Positions 1-13,740 of a DNA stretch of 64,000 bases are shown one piece after another. The stretch is from the human T2T-CHM13v2.0 reference genome, Homo sapiens. The notes below the pieces were generated by a model. That model searched no databases, was not told where the DNA came from, and saw nothing but the letters and a program-made list of their open reading frames with translations. The stretch lies in assembly GCF_009914755.1 (NCBI RefSeq), contig NC_060936.1; one strand, given 5' to 3'. A program made the translations under genes and the position numbers. Position 1 is the first letter of the stretch, and every line of letters begins with the position of its first letter.

Positions 1-332
1 CTCGTTTCCCCTGGGATCTTGGAGGGGTTTTCTGTGGTTTGAATGAACACTAGTGTCTTCTTGGGACTGCTCGTTCAATGTGTGTCTACTAAGGCCTCCT
101 CTGGTGCAGGCTTGGTGCTTGTGCAGCAGCGCCCTGGGGGCCAAGGAGCAGCTTCTGGGCAGTGTGCTGGCTCCAGATGAATGCACTTGTTCCCCCCCAA
201 GTCTGCCTCAGTCGTGCGATGGCTCATGTGACACATACTCATACTGATGAAGCGTCTCTGGTCAGACACAGTGCTAGGTGCCTGGACATGACAGATACTT
301 TGACGTGGAAAATTCTGTTTTTTGCTTTGTAG

Positions 333-469
333 GTAATTGGGGCCCCCATCTTGTTGTTGTGAGAAGTTGTAACATACTCAAGTGGGAGCTTGAATTGAAA
401 CGTTGGTGTCCCGGACTCAAAATCCTCTCATATATTGGCAGCCACAGAGAACTCAAAGCAAAGAGACAG
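333..469 (+). CDS. EP400: EP400 exon w1 (ATPase lobe 1, motif Ia: GNWGPHLVVVRSC...KAKRQ)
   Basis: ttgtag|GT ... CAG|gtattt; 137 nt; phase 1/0. Confidence 0.95.
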
Positions 470-1065
470 GTATTTTTTTTTTAAACATAAAATAAAGCTA
501 AACAGAAAGCCATGTTAATTTTTATAAAAGACACATTAAAAAATGTGAAGACATGCTTATTCATGGAATTATTAAAGATCACTCATTCATGAGTTAACAG
601 ACCTTTATGTTGTTCCCCTCGAAAGCATAGACAATACCGCATCGGCCTGGCCATTCCTTGTGAGGAGGGCCACGCACTCGCAGGCCCAGGTGTGCACAGA
701 TCTCAGTGTCACTGCCCAGAAAGTGGGGCAGTTTGCTCCGAAAATGGTATTCTCTGGGACAGTGCAACACTTTCCCCCTGGAGGCCCTGCTGGCTTCCAC
801 AGGCACAGAGGAGAAGCTAGGTGCTCCCAGCTCTGAATTTAAAACCCATAGAACCATTTCCACAACATGCCTAATAGATAACGTTTCTGGAACAAATTTT
901 AACTTATTAAAGATTTTTGTCTGCCCTATAGTTTCTAGTACTAGGTCACTGAAGGTAGATTCATCACAGTTTTCCATTGAGTAGAACGTTTTGGACCATT
1001 AGACATCATTGTGTTGAGTAGTGTTTACTGAAAAAGTGAGCTTTCAGTAGTATTTTCTTTTTTAC

Positions 1066-1423
1066 TATTGTAGTCTGTTTTTGGTGCTATTGCAAAATAC
1101 CACAGACTGGGTAATTTGTAAGTATAGAAATTTATTTCTCACAGTTCTGGAGGCTGTGAAGTCCAAGATCCAGATGCCAGCAGATTTAGTGTCTGGTGAG
1201 GGCCTGGTTTCCGCTTCCCAGATGGGGCCTTGCTGCTGCACATTTTGGAGGGGACATGGCGGAAGGGATGGAAGGGCAAAAGGGTCCAAGCTGGTTCCCT
1301 CCAGCCCTTTCATACTGCACAAGTTCATCCTTGAGAGCAGGGAAGTCTCCACTTCTTAATACTACCACCATGGGCATTAGATTTCAACATGAGTTTTGGA
1401 GGGAACACATTCAAGCCATAGTA
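1066..1423 (-). mobile_element. MaLR solo LTR (MLT1A-like)
   Basis: Typical MaLR blocks (aaataccacagactgggt; tttatttctcacagttctggaggctg; atttcaacatgagttttgg); reverse complement starts TACTATGGCTTGAATGT. Confidence 0.75.
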
Positions 1424-1843
1424 CTATGTCTGGCTTTTAGTTTGTTTTTAAAAAGTGTATAATGCAGTCAGTTGCAATACAGATGTTGACATCTCTTATT
1501 TTTCTGAGCACACTTCCCCTTGTTTTGATTAGATACTAGAAGAGCTCGCCCTGCTTCAGGATCCTCTGCCATAATCTCAGTATTTTCCAAATGGTAATTG
1601 TCAGCGCCTGCAAAATAGCTTCTTAATTTGTCAACGAAACTGCTTTAGACCCCTAGAGGTAGAGATAAAAACATAAACACAGCCGTTTTCTGTGCGGTAA
1701 TAGCAAGTTATTTAAAAAAGCAAGTAAAATTATAGGTGGGAACGGAGTCACTGGGTGGCAAGCTTTGGGAAGTGTGTGTCCTCAAGGTGATTTTGAAAGA
1801 CAGTGGAGTGTGAAGGCACTGAGCTGTCCTCTCTGTGCTGCAG

Positions 1844-2013
1844 GAGTGGGCCGAACCCAACAGCTTCCACGTCTGCATCACGTCCTACACTCAGTTCTTC
1901 CGGGGCCTCACCGCCTTCACACGAGTGCGCTGGAAGTGCCTGGTCATTGATGAGATGCAGCGCGTGAAGGGCATGACCGAGAGGCACTGGGAAGCGGTTT
2001 TCACCCTGCAGAG
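1844..2013 (+). CDS. EP400: EP400 exon w2 (motif II: CLVIDEMQRVK)
   Basis: ctgcag|GAG ... AG|gtctgt; 170 nt; phase 0/2. Confidence 0.95.
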
Positions 2014-2324
2014 GTCTGTGTGTTACGCGCTTGTCATTGAGTGTTCTTTGCTGTTGATGTAGAAGATTCTCTTGAAGAAATCTGCATAATTGCAGACACA
2101 AACAATGGCCTTTGAGCTAGAGAATTGCTTTTCATCTTCATCCCAGCACATGGGCCAGAGAGCCCCAGAGCTGGGTCAGTGCAGCCCCCCTTTTCAGGCA
2201 TGTGCACGTTGACATTTGCGGTGTCAAATTACTGTCCCTTTTCTCACACATTGTCAGAGAAGATGCTGCTGCAGCCAGCCCCGTGGCTGTAGAACTCCAG
2301 TGTTGTCTCTTGTCCTGTTTGCAG

Positions 2325-2499
2325 CCAACAACGTCTGCTTCTGATCGACTCGCCGCTGCACAATACCTTCCTGGAGCTCTGGACCATGGTGCACTTCCTG
2401 GTCCCAGGGATCTCCAGGCCCTACCTGAGCTCCCCTCTGAGGGCCCCCAGTGAAGAGAGCCAGGATTACTACCATAAAGTGGTCATAAGGTTACACAGG
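2325..2499 (+). CDS. EP400: EP400 exon w3 (motif III region: QRLLLIDSPLHN)
   Basis: ttgcag|C ... AGG|gtaggt; 175 nt; phase 2/0. Confidence 0.95.
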
Positions 2500-2611
2500 G
2501 TAGGTTGGGTTCTGCCATTTCAGTTAATTAATTAAACATGCGTATGCCTTGTTATAAACGTGTTACAGCAGCATTTTTGGAAAGAAAACAGTAAACAGTT
2601 TTTATTTTCAG

Positions 2612-2748
2612 GTGACACAGCCATTTATTTTGAGGAGAACTAAGAGAGATGTGGAAAAGCAACTAACAAAGAAATATGAGCATGTTTTGAAGTGTCGCCT
2701 TTCTAACCGACAAAAAGCCTTATACGAGGACGTTATCCTGCAACCTGG
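2612..2748 (+). CDS. EP400: EP400 exon w4 (VTQPFILRRTKRDVEKQL...)
   Basis: tttcag|GTG ... GG|gtgagt; 137 nt; phase 0/2; SNF2 PFILRRxK motif. Confidence 0.95.
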
Positions 2749-3762
2749 GTGAGTGTGGGCTCTGGGCATGTGCCCCCTTTGCTGTCCCTGCCTGTGAGGG
2801 AAAACGGCCCTTTCTGTGGCCTCAGCAGAAAGCTCCTTTCCGCAAGGATTGGGTGTCTGGAGCTGGAGACCGAGGCACCCTCCTGGGGGCAGCAGGCTCT
2901 GCAGCCTCAGGTGTTTCCAGCTGTTTCAGGCTCATGCTGGTCCTGCTGCACTTCCCGTCTCAGAAGCCCCACTCCTGTGTAGCTGCCCACGTGTAGGGTG
3001 GTGTCCTGGTGCTGCTCCCTGTGTTGCCCAGAGAATTCTGTGAATTTTAGTTTCCATTCATCCGGGAGGGATGGTGATTGAGCAGCTCGCCTTCCCACAG
3101 CCAGCTGGAGGCCCCAGGACTTGGGTCGGCTGTGGCCCACCGGAGGTGGCACGCTGGTGTCTGTGGCGCAATGAGTCGTGCGTTGCATGGGGTGGAATGC
3201 GCCACGCAATGCACACCATGTGATGGCCAGCCGCTGTGCCTCTGTCTGGCAGGGACGTGCTGGTGCCAGAAGCTGTGCCCTTTGAGTTGACACAGAGTGT
3301 GGGGCCCCCTTTGACCCTCTCCGAGGTCTTCAGATGTGCATGGTTTTGGTCTGTCAGGCTTTCCATTTTCCTGAGTTTAGATGAAAAAAACACAAAAAAC
3401 CCTGGAAATCAAGTTTTGGAGGATTTGAAATTTATCTGTGCTTAGTCATCACACCTCACTCTCTGCTGGGGGTGTGGCCATGAGGCTTTGCTGCAGGGTT
3501 ACCCCCTACCCCGTGCCACCTCAGCCTCAGCGTCCCTCACAGGCACAGTCAGACACACTGGATCAGGTGACCCCACTCTTCCCCCAGCCACGTGCTGATG
3601 TGCTCCCCTCCTTGTGGGGAGATGACATGGGGACCCTGATGAGGTGCTGTGGCGGGAGCAGACGCCAGGTGATCGTATGAGTGCACTCTGGCCGTGGCAC
3701 AGCAGACTGTGGTTTGTGGAGACTAGGGGTGAGGCCATGCTAGCCACACCCCACCCCCCGTC

Positions 3763-3862
3763 CTGGGTCTCCCTCTCTGTGCCTCATCCTCTGCTCTGGG
3801 TCTCCTTCTCTGTGCCTCATCCTCTGCTCTGGGTCTCCCTCTCTGTGCCTCATCCTCTGCTC
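3763..3862. repeat. 33-bp tandem repeat x3
   Basis: ctgggtctcc(c/t)tctctgtgcctcatcctctgct three times. Confidence 0.9.
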
Positions 3863-5192
3863 TGCAGCCAGAGGGCGTGCACTCATGGGCTCGCCAGGGT
3901 TCTGTGCATGCGCATGTGGAGCCTGGGCACCCTCGAGAGGCAGGTGCCTGTGAATGCAGCATGCTTAATCCTGGTGAGTGGAGATTTCAGGAGGGAAGGT
4001 AAGTGTGCATGATGACTGTGGAATTTCTCAGTCCTCCACAAATGACACAGTACAACCGTCCTTTCTCCAAGAGGCGGAGCAGTGGAGCAGCACTTCATTC
4101 CACACCATTAGTGGCGAGACTCTCCAAGCATTGTAGAAACTTTGTATGTGTGGACAGAAACCGCTTTGCCATGTTGCTGAAGCTCTGGTGTCAGATTTTT
4201 CAGTAGAATACTGAAATCAGCCTATGTCAGCTTTGGTAACATACTAGTTGTCATTTGAGTGGAGAGGACTCATAACTTTATGCAGGTTTTGAGCGCCAGC
4301 CTATCAGGGAAGTCACGTTGACCACGCCCTGCGTACAGAGACCGTCTTAGGGAGTCCGACCCATTGCCCTTCTGTGGTTGTGCCCACACAATATGGTGGT
4401 TTGCCTTCAGGGTTGCAGTGTCGTCTGAGGTGTGAGAGGCTGGTGGCCCTGGGACCTGTTGGGGGAAAGCACGTCTTATTCTGCTGGTCTTAGGCCAGCT
4501 TTGTGGCATCTGCTCCCTGGGTTAATGGCAGGAGAGCGCTTGGACTCCTCAAGCACATTTTCCTCTTTCTTTCCGGGCCTGTGAAATCAAGCTTTAGTGC
4601 ATTAGGTGTGCGCACGCCTCGCCCCCCTGGAGCACCTGGTAATCAAGTGTTTGGGCGCTGTCTGGTGCTTGACGGGATCCTTGGGTGGCCCAGGAGCGTC
4701 CTGTCCTGGTCAGCTCCCCCCTCCTCTTGCAGGGACCATGCCACACCCGCTGCCGTGAGGGTGGCACCCATGTTTCTGTACCACGAGCTCCAGAGCTGCC
4801 AGACCAGACTCCCTACCTGCCCAGACCCCCCTGTGCTTGTGCCGGCCTCTCCTGGTTCCTGTTAGCCAGGGCAAGTTGCCTTTCTGTTACCAGCCAGTTC
4901 ATATGGGCTTTAAGCTCCATCCCTTCTCCGGAACCATCCGTCGTCTCAGCCATTCTTTTTGAAGCATGTGATTTGCCCTGGCCCTTGTGCATGTAAGTCC
5001 TTCCCTGGCCTCTTTTCCTTCCCACCGCTGCTCTCTAGAGCCAGGCTCACAGGAGCTCTCCTGATGCTTGTCTCCATTTTTCGGTCTCCACTCATTTCTC
5101 AGCCCCCATGCAATGTGCTCCTCACGCATCAAGGCCTAGCTGTGTGGGGACTCAGGACTCCAGGCGCCGTCTCTCCTGTGGAGCCCTCCTGC

Positions 5193-5765
<573 letters not shown>

Positions 5766-6369
5766 TTACCTGTCGTCACTATCACCCCGGTTTCCTCCCT
5801 CAGGCCGCCTGGTGCACTGTGCTCACACCAGAGAGCTACTCCCCACCATGGTCCCATTTCCTGCCCAGCCCTGGTCCCAGTGTGCGTTGTAGGTCCTTCT
5901 GTCTGCCCCCTTCACTGGGTGGTAAGCCGCACAGGGCATGGACCTGGGTCCTCGTCTACCCCCGCTCACTGCCTGCAGGGCCAGTGTAGGACCAGGCGTC
6001 AGAGCTGCCGAGCGGGTGTGTGAGGGGCTTTACTCTGCTGCGCTCACCCTGCCCCTCACTTTGCTCATCCCCCTTGGATGCCCCCACTTCTCTTTCAGAG
6101 CACTCGGTATGATTGTGAATGAAGTGGAGTGGCTGTCTTTCCGTCAGCTCTGGTGGGGCGGATGTCATTCTCAATGGGGATGGCGAACAAGTGCAGAGGG
6201 GCCTGCCTGGGATGTGGACTTGAATGGCCACTCTGTCTAACTCATTAAGCGGACCTAGAAAATCTGCTCCTGCCTGCCTTTCTGGAGTTGGGACAGTCGA
6301 TGGTGAGGGTGGGACTATGTCCATGTGCCGTTTGGATTGAATGCTTCGTGTTTCTTTCTCCACGGGCAG

Positions 6370-6556
6370 CACTCAGGAGGCCTTGAAGAGCGGGCACTTT
6401 GTCAACGTCCTGAGCATCCTTGTGCGGCTGCAGCGCATCTGCAACCACCCTGGGCTCGTCGAGCCCCGGCACCCAGGCTCTTCCTACGTGGCGGGGCCAC
6501 TGGAGTATCCGTCCGCATCTCTAATCCTGAAGGCACTGGAGAGAGATTTCTGGAAG
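6370..6556 (+). CDS. EP400: EP400 exon w5 (TQEALKSG...LQRICNHP...DFWK)
   Basis: gggcag|C ... AAG|gtaagt; 187 nt; phase 2/0. Confidence 0.95.
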
Positions 6557-7044
6557 GTAAGTGGAGGATCCAGAAAGCGGAATTACTGTTGGATATCTTT
6601 TCTAGGCACATTATAGATAAAACCATTCTTGGAAATGGGTTCTCAACCAGCTCTTCTGCAATTGCAATTGCAGCTCCGCGATACATGGCACCGTCTAGCA
6701 GCACTGATGGCCTGCCACCCCTTGCCGGAGTGTTCCACCTCCGGAAATTTACCCGAGGGAGACAGGCTCACAGAGTGGAAAGATGCAGAGGGCAGGCTTT
6801 CTTGGCGTTGTGTGGATTGTGGGCTGTGAGAAGTAGCTGAGCATGCACGCTCATCAGCAGAGCTTCACCAAGGGTGTGGCAGCACCTGTGTATTGGCACG
6901 GAGGAGGGTCTGCTTGCCGAGTGGCCGTTAGAGGGGGCGCGTCTGGATGCCCACGTTAGGGCCCTGCCATAGAAATCAGTTTTGATTCTTAGGTGCTTTT
7001 TTTGCCTCTTCATGCAGCAAGACTTTTTTTCTTTTTCTCTCTAG

Positions 7045-7211
7045 GAAGCAGATCTTTCTATGTTTGATCTCATCGGCTTAGAAAATAAAATCACTCGTCA
7101 CGAGGCAGAGTTGCTGTCTAAGAAAAAGATACCGCGGAAACTCATGGAGGAAATCTCCACTTCAGCAGCCCCAGCAGCCCGACCAGCAGCAGCAAAGCTG
7201 AAGGCCAGCAG
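7045..7211 (+). CDS. EP400: EP400 exon w6 (EADLSMFDLIG...KAS)
   Basis: ctctag|GAA ... AG|gtgcgt; 167 nt; phase 0/2. Confidence 0.93.
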
Positions 7212-8045
7212 GTGCGTGCGACCCAGAGGCAGCGGGGAGGGTTGGCTCCCAGGGCCCCCACAGCTGACCCAGGTCTATGCGTGGTGAAAAGAAAGGCTGC
7301 TAATGTAGTTAGGTTATCTGCTGCTCTTGGGACCTTGCTGGTGTCCTTGGCTGTGGTATGCCTGGCTCTGCAGATGCCTTTTAGGCTGTGTGGTGCAGTG
7401 CAACTGCTTGCCTCCCTGAGCAGCAACCTCCTTGATCGTCTTTGCAGCAGTTTTAGGGTAGGGTGGGTGTCAGGGCTGCATTTGACCTGGTGCCTCGTGT
7501 GGTGGAGGCTGGTGTGGCCGAACCACACATGTGTCGTGAGTGTGGCAGGCAGAGGACTCCACCCCCACGGTGATGTCATTGTCTTAACAAGTGACATGTG
7601 AGTGATTCTGAAGTGATGCTTTTGCGGGTGTCATGAGGCTGGGAGGGACAGACACGTTAGATGATTAAAACGAGATATAAATGACTCATAGTCTAAATCT
7701 AGCAATTGGAAATATCCAAAATCCTATGCTTGGGTTAAAAAGAAAGGAAAGGAAAGGAAATAGGTATTTGGAGATGAAGGGGCCAGCTCTGCAGACAGTC
7801 TTGTGATCCTTGCCATTCCAGGAGTTCTGCAGTCTTTCTTGTTGGCACTTCTGTATTTGGCTTCACTGGGGACTTTGAGTGGATCACCGTCCCCTCATCA
7901 GTACCAGAGGTTTCTGCTTAGCTTGAGGACTCACGACCCAGCAGGCTGCTCCTCAGAGAGCCTGCAGCCATCAGTTAAATGAACAGCACCCATTCCAGTG
8001 GGTGCTAGTCTGTCTTTTTAAAATGGCTTTTTACAAAAAAGTTTA

Positions 8046-8176
8046 TAAAAGTTTTTAATAGAGACAGAGGTCTCCCTGTGTTGCCAGGCTGGTCTTGAAC
8101 TCTTGGGCTCAAGGGACCCTCCTGCCTTGGTCCCCCAAAGTGGTAGAATTACAGGTGTGAGACCACACGCCCGGCC
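8046..8176 (-). mobile_element. Alu left monomer / FLAM
   Basis: gagacagaggtctccctgtgttgccaggctggtcttgaactc...cgcccggcc. Confidence 0.85.
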
Positions 8177-8259
8177 TAAAAATGGCTTTTGATGGCCGTC
8201 TCTGCCTGTTACATTGTATAGGGGTTTTGAAAATGGCCAATATAGTTCCCAGCTTAAAG

Positions 8260-8490
8260 TGGGCACAGTGGCTCATGCCTGTAATCCCAGTGCTTTGGGA
8301 AGCCAAGCTGGCGGGATTGCTTGAGCCCAGGAGTTGGAGACCAGCCTGGGCAACATTGGGAGACCCTGTCTCTCCAAAAAAAAAAATCAAATCCAGGCGT
8401 GGTGGTGCACACCTGTATTCCTAGCTACTTAGAGGCTGAGGCAAGAGGATTGCTTGAAGCCGGGAGTTTGAGGCAACAGTGAACCATCAC
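8260..8490 (+). mobile_element. AluJ-like, 3'-truncated
   Basis: gggcacagtggctcatgcctgtaatcccag; A-rich linker; partial right arm. Confidence 0.88.
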
Positions 8491-8883
8491 TTGAACGGCT
8501 GCTTGATCAGACTTTTGTCAAGTTGATGTTTCTCCTCACTCCCCTCAGCCCTTGTGCTGTAATAGATGCGTTGTTTTCTATCTACATTGATATGATTGTG
8601 AAAGTTAAAACAGCATTCACCCTTGTATTCCCAGGAATCTGGGTGGATGTACCATACCACTTTGGTGTACTTAGTCTTGTTAGCCACTGCGCCCGGGCCC
8701 GGGGTGAGCTTACCTAGAGCAGTACTTAGGCATCTTTCCCCTTCCCTCTGTAAACTGCACTCTGGGTGCTGGTCCCTGAGCTGGCTTCCTATGGGCAGCG
8801 GTGAACCCCGGCTCCATGAGGTGGCCTGTCCTCTCTGTGGTCTGATGCTCTGTATCTTCTTGCCTGGACCAATGGGCATCTAG

Positions 8884-9053
8884 GTTGTTTCAGCCTGTGC
8901 AGTATGGCCAGAAGCCCGAGGGTCGCACCGTGGCTTTCCCCAGCACTCACCCGCCCCGGACGGCAGCCCCCACCACGGCCTCTGCTGCTCCACAGGGCCC
9001 GCTTCGAGGACGGCCGCCCATCGCCACGTTCTCTGCCAATCCGGAGGCAAAAG
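8884..9053 (+). CDS. EP400: EP400 exon w7 (LFQPVQYGQK...NPEAK)
   Basis: atctag|G ... AAAG|gtagac; 170 nt; phase 2/1; weak pyrimidine tract. Confidence 0.9.
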
Positions 9054-9913
9054 GTAGACTTCACGTAGTTGTCTGCTCTCCGCCTTATGGAGGTTTTTGT
9101 GGGACAAGTTCATGGCACTTTCTTCTCGCGCCTCTGGATGCGGTAATTGTCCCTGAGTGGGAACAGGCACCACCCGCTGGCTTTCTGAAGGTGCCTTGTT
9201 TAGTTCTTGATGAGTTTTAGACTTTTTGATGGCTTGTAATGGATGTTTTCCCTATTGAAGAAGCTTCACTCCTAGGTGATAAGTGTTGATCTGATGCTCA
9301 CAGCCACTGGGCAGGCTGTTTCTGTTGACAGAGGTGCGTGCGTGCAGTCGTCTAGGAGACTCCTGAGAACGTCTGCTCATATTGTATTTTGTGCTGTCAC
9401 TTGAACTTAATTATTCTTTTGAGGAAGGGTAGAGTAGAAAAGGCCATCAAAAGAGTTAAAAGTAGTATTTCACCACCTGGCCAAAGGGGCCCTCCACGCC
9501 ATGTCCATCCAGGTTTTCTGAGCTAAAAATAAATGCTCAGACCTGCATTGTTGCCAGCATTCTCTATAGAAATATGAGTGGAAGCTCTGTTGATGTTTTC
9601 TTTGTGTGTTTAGGAAATAGTTTCTAATTGATACTAATGTTTGGTTGGGCTGACTTCTAACAGTTTCTGTTTACTCTGAGAAATGTACCGCGTAGCGTAC
9701 TGTAGCTCGAAGTGAAGATAATTATCAACAAGTAAAATTATATTTCTCTCACCCTGTAAACTATATGGCCCCTCTTTTTTTCCTTAAGAGGGGACTTCTC
9801 ATTTGAGAGACGGTGTGAAATGTTTATTTTATTTCTTTAAAATTCAGTTTAAAATATTGTATTTTATTAAGAACCTCTAACAGCTTTGCACAAACAAACC
9901 TTATCGATTGCAG

Positions 9914-10156
9914 CAGCAGCAGCCCCGTTTCAGACCTCTCAGGCTTCCGCCAGTGCTCCACGACACCAGCCCGCCTCGGCCTCCAGCACAGCCGCTAGCC
10001 CGGCCCATCCTGCGAAACTGCGGGCCCAGACCACAGCACAGGCCTCCACCCCAGGCCAGCCCCCGCCCCAGCCCCAGGCCCCCTCGCACGCGGCCGGGCA
10101 GAGCGCGCTGCCTCAGAGGCTGGTGCTCCCCTCGCAGGCCCAGGCCCGCTTGCCCA
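9914..10156 (+). CDS. EP400: EP400 exon w8 (AAAAPFQTSQ...ARLP)
   Basis: ttgcag|CA ... CCCA|gtaagt; 243 nt; phase 1/1; start could shift by 3-9 nt (tandem CAGs). Confidence 0.9.
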
Positions 10157-11632
10157 GTAAGTGGCCTCACCTTTCCAGGTTTCTGCCATCTCTCTACCCC
10201 AGAGGAGTTGTGTTAAGAACACGGGGATGTAGGAGGAGCCTTGCTGTCCACTCCTTTGTCTTTCCCCAGCCCCATGCCCGGTGCTGCCTCTCACCAGTGC
10301 AGCTGCCTCCGGCATGAGTCTAGCAGGGAGCGCCTCTGTGGAGGCCACATCCGGCCTTCTCCTGTCTGTGCTCTCTCTCCTGACCCCGCCATCCAGCTCT
10401 GCTTTTCTGCTGCACTCACTCACTGCTTTGGTGCTGTGGACGGCACTTCCCAGTGTTAGCCCCGGCCTTGTTCCACCAGCCACACAGGTGCACTCTGGGG
10501 GAGCAGATGCTCCTAGAGTGACAGCGACTGCATTTGGGAAGGTCGCTTCCTTGCCAGTCATGTGAACTAGCTTTAGGTTCCTAAAAAACATTAGCTCTTT
10601 TTAGTCTCTCGCCTGTTACCAAATTTAAACTTGGGATTGCTCAACCAAGATAACTTGTAATAATTTATGACTTAAAAAACACAGTTATTAATTTTTTTAA
10701 TACAGAACATTTTGCTGTGTCCAGTGGGATTAGTATGTTTTCAAACCTTACATGTACCCTATTCATTCTGTGGTGGAAATTATCCTGACTTAAAGTATTA
10801 TGTTATTTCTCAAGTGCCACCTCAACTCCTTTTGTTGTTGGTATAGCCAAATTATGTGGAGGCCTTTCTGGAAAGATGCAGATGGGAGAGGGAGTGATGC
10901 ACAGAGACACTTGAGTTCAAACTAATTCTCTTTCCTTACAAGTCTCTCTCTCCCATTGCCCAAAAATAAAGAGGAATTGTCCTAGTTAAGTGCCCTAAGG
11001 GAGAAAGCAGTTGCATATTTTACATCTTCATCAAACTAGACACTGTCTTGCGTGGGATGAGAGTCATGTTGGTGGTTGCCAGAGGAGCTGTTCTTTGGGA
11101 GATCTGTGAAGTGAGCAAAACTGCTTTTCCTGTGGGTCGGTCCTCACCTGTGTATGGAACAAGGAGGATTGTTGAGAGATTGACACTTCTATGCACAAAT
11201 CTCTGTCTTCTGTTTTCATTTTCCCCTCCTTGTTCACGGTTATTCTGTGGGCAAGATATCTCTAGACATTTTTCTAGCCTCTTACTAACTATTCTTTTTA
11301 TCATATCACTAATAATTCTGGCATGGATTTCTCGGGAAGAACATTTAGATTCAAGTATCAACCATTGGGAAATAAGTCTTTAAACCTGTTGTTCAGTTGT
11401 AGCCGGAAGGTAGTACCTTTTTGAGTTGGGGGCAAATGACCACATCTGAGTTATGTTTTTTCAAAAAAAGTGTTTTAAGCAACGCTAAGTTTTACTTTTT
11501 TTTTTTTTAAACAGTAAATGTTATAGATTGACGCTTACCATCTAATTCAAATTAGTATGAAGCTTTATATCTTAAAGCTTTATTTATGTATGTGATTTCT
11601 TTATGTATCTAGAGGCATTGCTAGATCTTGTA

Positions 11633-11790
11633 GACACCGTGGCTCACACCTGTAGGCCCAGCTGCTTGGGAGGCTGAGGTGGGAGGATCGCTTGAACCCA
11701 GGAGTTTGAGGCTGCAGTGAGCTATAATCCTGCTACTGCCCTCCAGCTTGGGTGACAGCCAGACCCTGTCTCTCACAAAATAAATAAAAA
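11633..11790 (+). mobile_element. Alu monomer (FRAM/FAM-like)
   Basis: gtggctcacacctgta...gaggctgcagtgagctat...ccctgtctc followed by A-rich tail. Confidence 0.8.
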
Positions 11791-11908
11791 TACATTCTTA
11801 GATTTTGAAGAGTTATGGGTGTAATTGAAGCTAGTTATTTTTTTATATTTGTAAAGATATAATCTCTCTTTGTGAGCTAAATTGGACAGGTACTTTTCAC
11901 ATTTTTAA

Positions 11909-12325
<417 letters not shown>

Positions 12326-12612
12326 TAAAATGTTCCTTAATAGCTTCGTTAATAATATCAATATCTGATATCTAAAATCCCAACCAATTATGGTTAAGTA
12401 AAGTTAACCATTAAAATCTGACATTTTGTTTTCTCTTTTTAATTAAAATAATTATTTTTAAGAAGTGGTAGAAAACACTACCTGATAAACATTTCTGTGG
12501 TGCTTCAGTTTATGATAGATGGTCATTATATACAAGAAACGACTGTCAATATGACACTCCCAAATTTTTTCCAAAATGATCTGAATTCACCTTTTCCTCT
12601 ACGTTTCAACAG

Positions 12613-12777
12613 GTGGAGAGGTAGTGAAAATAGCTCAGCTGGCATCCATCACAGGACCACAGAGCCGCGTGGCTCAGCCAGAGACGCCGGTGACACTGCA
12701 GTTCCAGGGCAGCAAGTTCACCCTGTCACACAGCCAGCTCCGGCAGCTCACAGCGGGCCAGCCGCTGCAGCTGCAAG
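12613..12777 (+). CDS. EP400: EP400 exon w9 (GEVVKIAQLAS...PLQLQ)
   Basis: caacag|GT ... CAAG|gtaagg; 165 nt; phase 1/1. Confidence 0.94.
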
Positions 12778-13061
12778 GTAAGGATAAGGATGAGAGAGCA
12801 CTGATGCCAAAAATGACAAAAGCGCCTCACCATGAGCCCTGCTGCCCACGGGCCTGCCTTGTGCATTTAAGTGTCAGGCTTTTCCCTGTGTCCGATGATG
12901 CATCTCACCTCATGGGTTCATGGAAGACCAGCGAGATGACGTTCATCAGCCACCGGGTTGCCTGCACTTGATGCGTGTCAGATAAACAACAGGCACTTTC
13001 GTTACCAGCATCTGCGCTTTGAAGAGAGTTTCGTATTTTGTAGATCAAAGTAGAAATATTT

Positions 13062-13227
13062 GGCCAGGCGTGGTGGTGCTCTCCTGTGGTCCAAGCTACT
13101 CAGGAGGCTGAGGTGGGAAGATCACCTGAGCCCCAGAGGTTGAAACTGCAGTGAGCCGAGATCGTGTCACTGCACTCCAGCCTGGGTCACAGACTGAGAC
13201 CCCATCTCTAAGTAATAGATAAGTAAC
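13062..13227 (+). mobile_element. Alu right monomer (FRAM-like)
   Basis: ggccaggcgtggtgg...gagaccccatctct; TSD AGAAATATTT. Confidence 0.85.
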
Positions 13228-13496
13228 AGAAATATTTGCTGCTTTCTAATATAGGTGTGAGACAAATTGTCCCTAAAACACCACAGGATTAGTAATTTTA
13301 TGTATGAGAAATCATTTTCTTCTATCAGCAGACTTAATTTTAACTCCCAGACCCAAAGCCCAGACCTTTGGTGAAGAGCAGTGTGTTTATATAGTAACTG
13401 CTCTTTAAAAAAAGTGAGGGAGAGGAATTGAGTGGCGCCTTGTCCCCGTGGTGGGATCATTTGCTCCCTGTGTTTTTGTTTAGGGCTCAAGGAACA

Positions 13497-13740
13497 CCCA
13501 CAGCAGCCCCCGCAGCCTCCTTCCCCCACCTTCCTCGACAGCAGCCTCAGCGGCTACCTTCCCCCACCTTCCTCGACAGCAGCCTCAGCGGCTACCTTCC
13601 CTCACCTTCCTCGACAGCAGCCTCAGCGGCTGCCTCCCCGCCACCCCCCCACAGCAGCCCCGGTGGCACCTTCCCCCACCTTCCCTCACCTTCCTTCACC
13701 TTCCGTGACTGCAGCCTCAGCGACTGCCTTCCCCCAGTGC
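13497..13740. repeat. C-rich minisatellite, ~38-bp unit
   Basis: ccttcccccaccttcctcgacagcagcctcagcggcta x3 plus degenerate copies. Confidence 0.85.
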
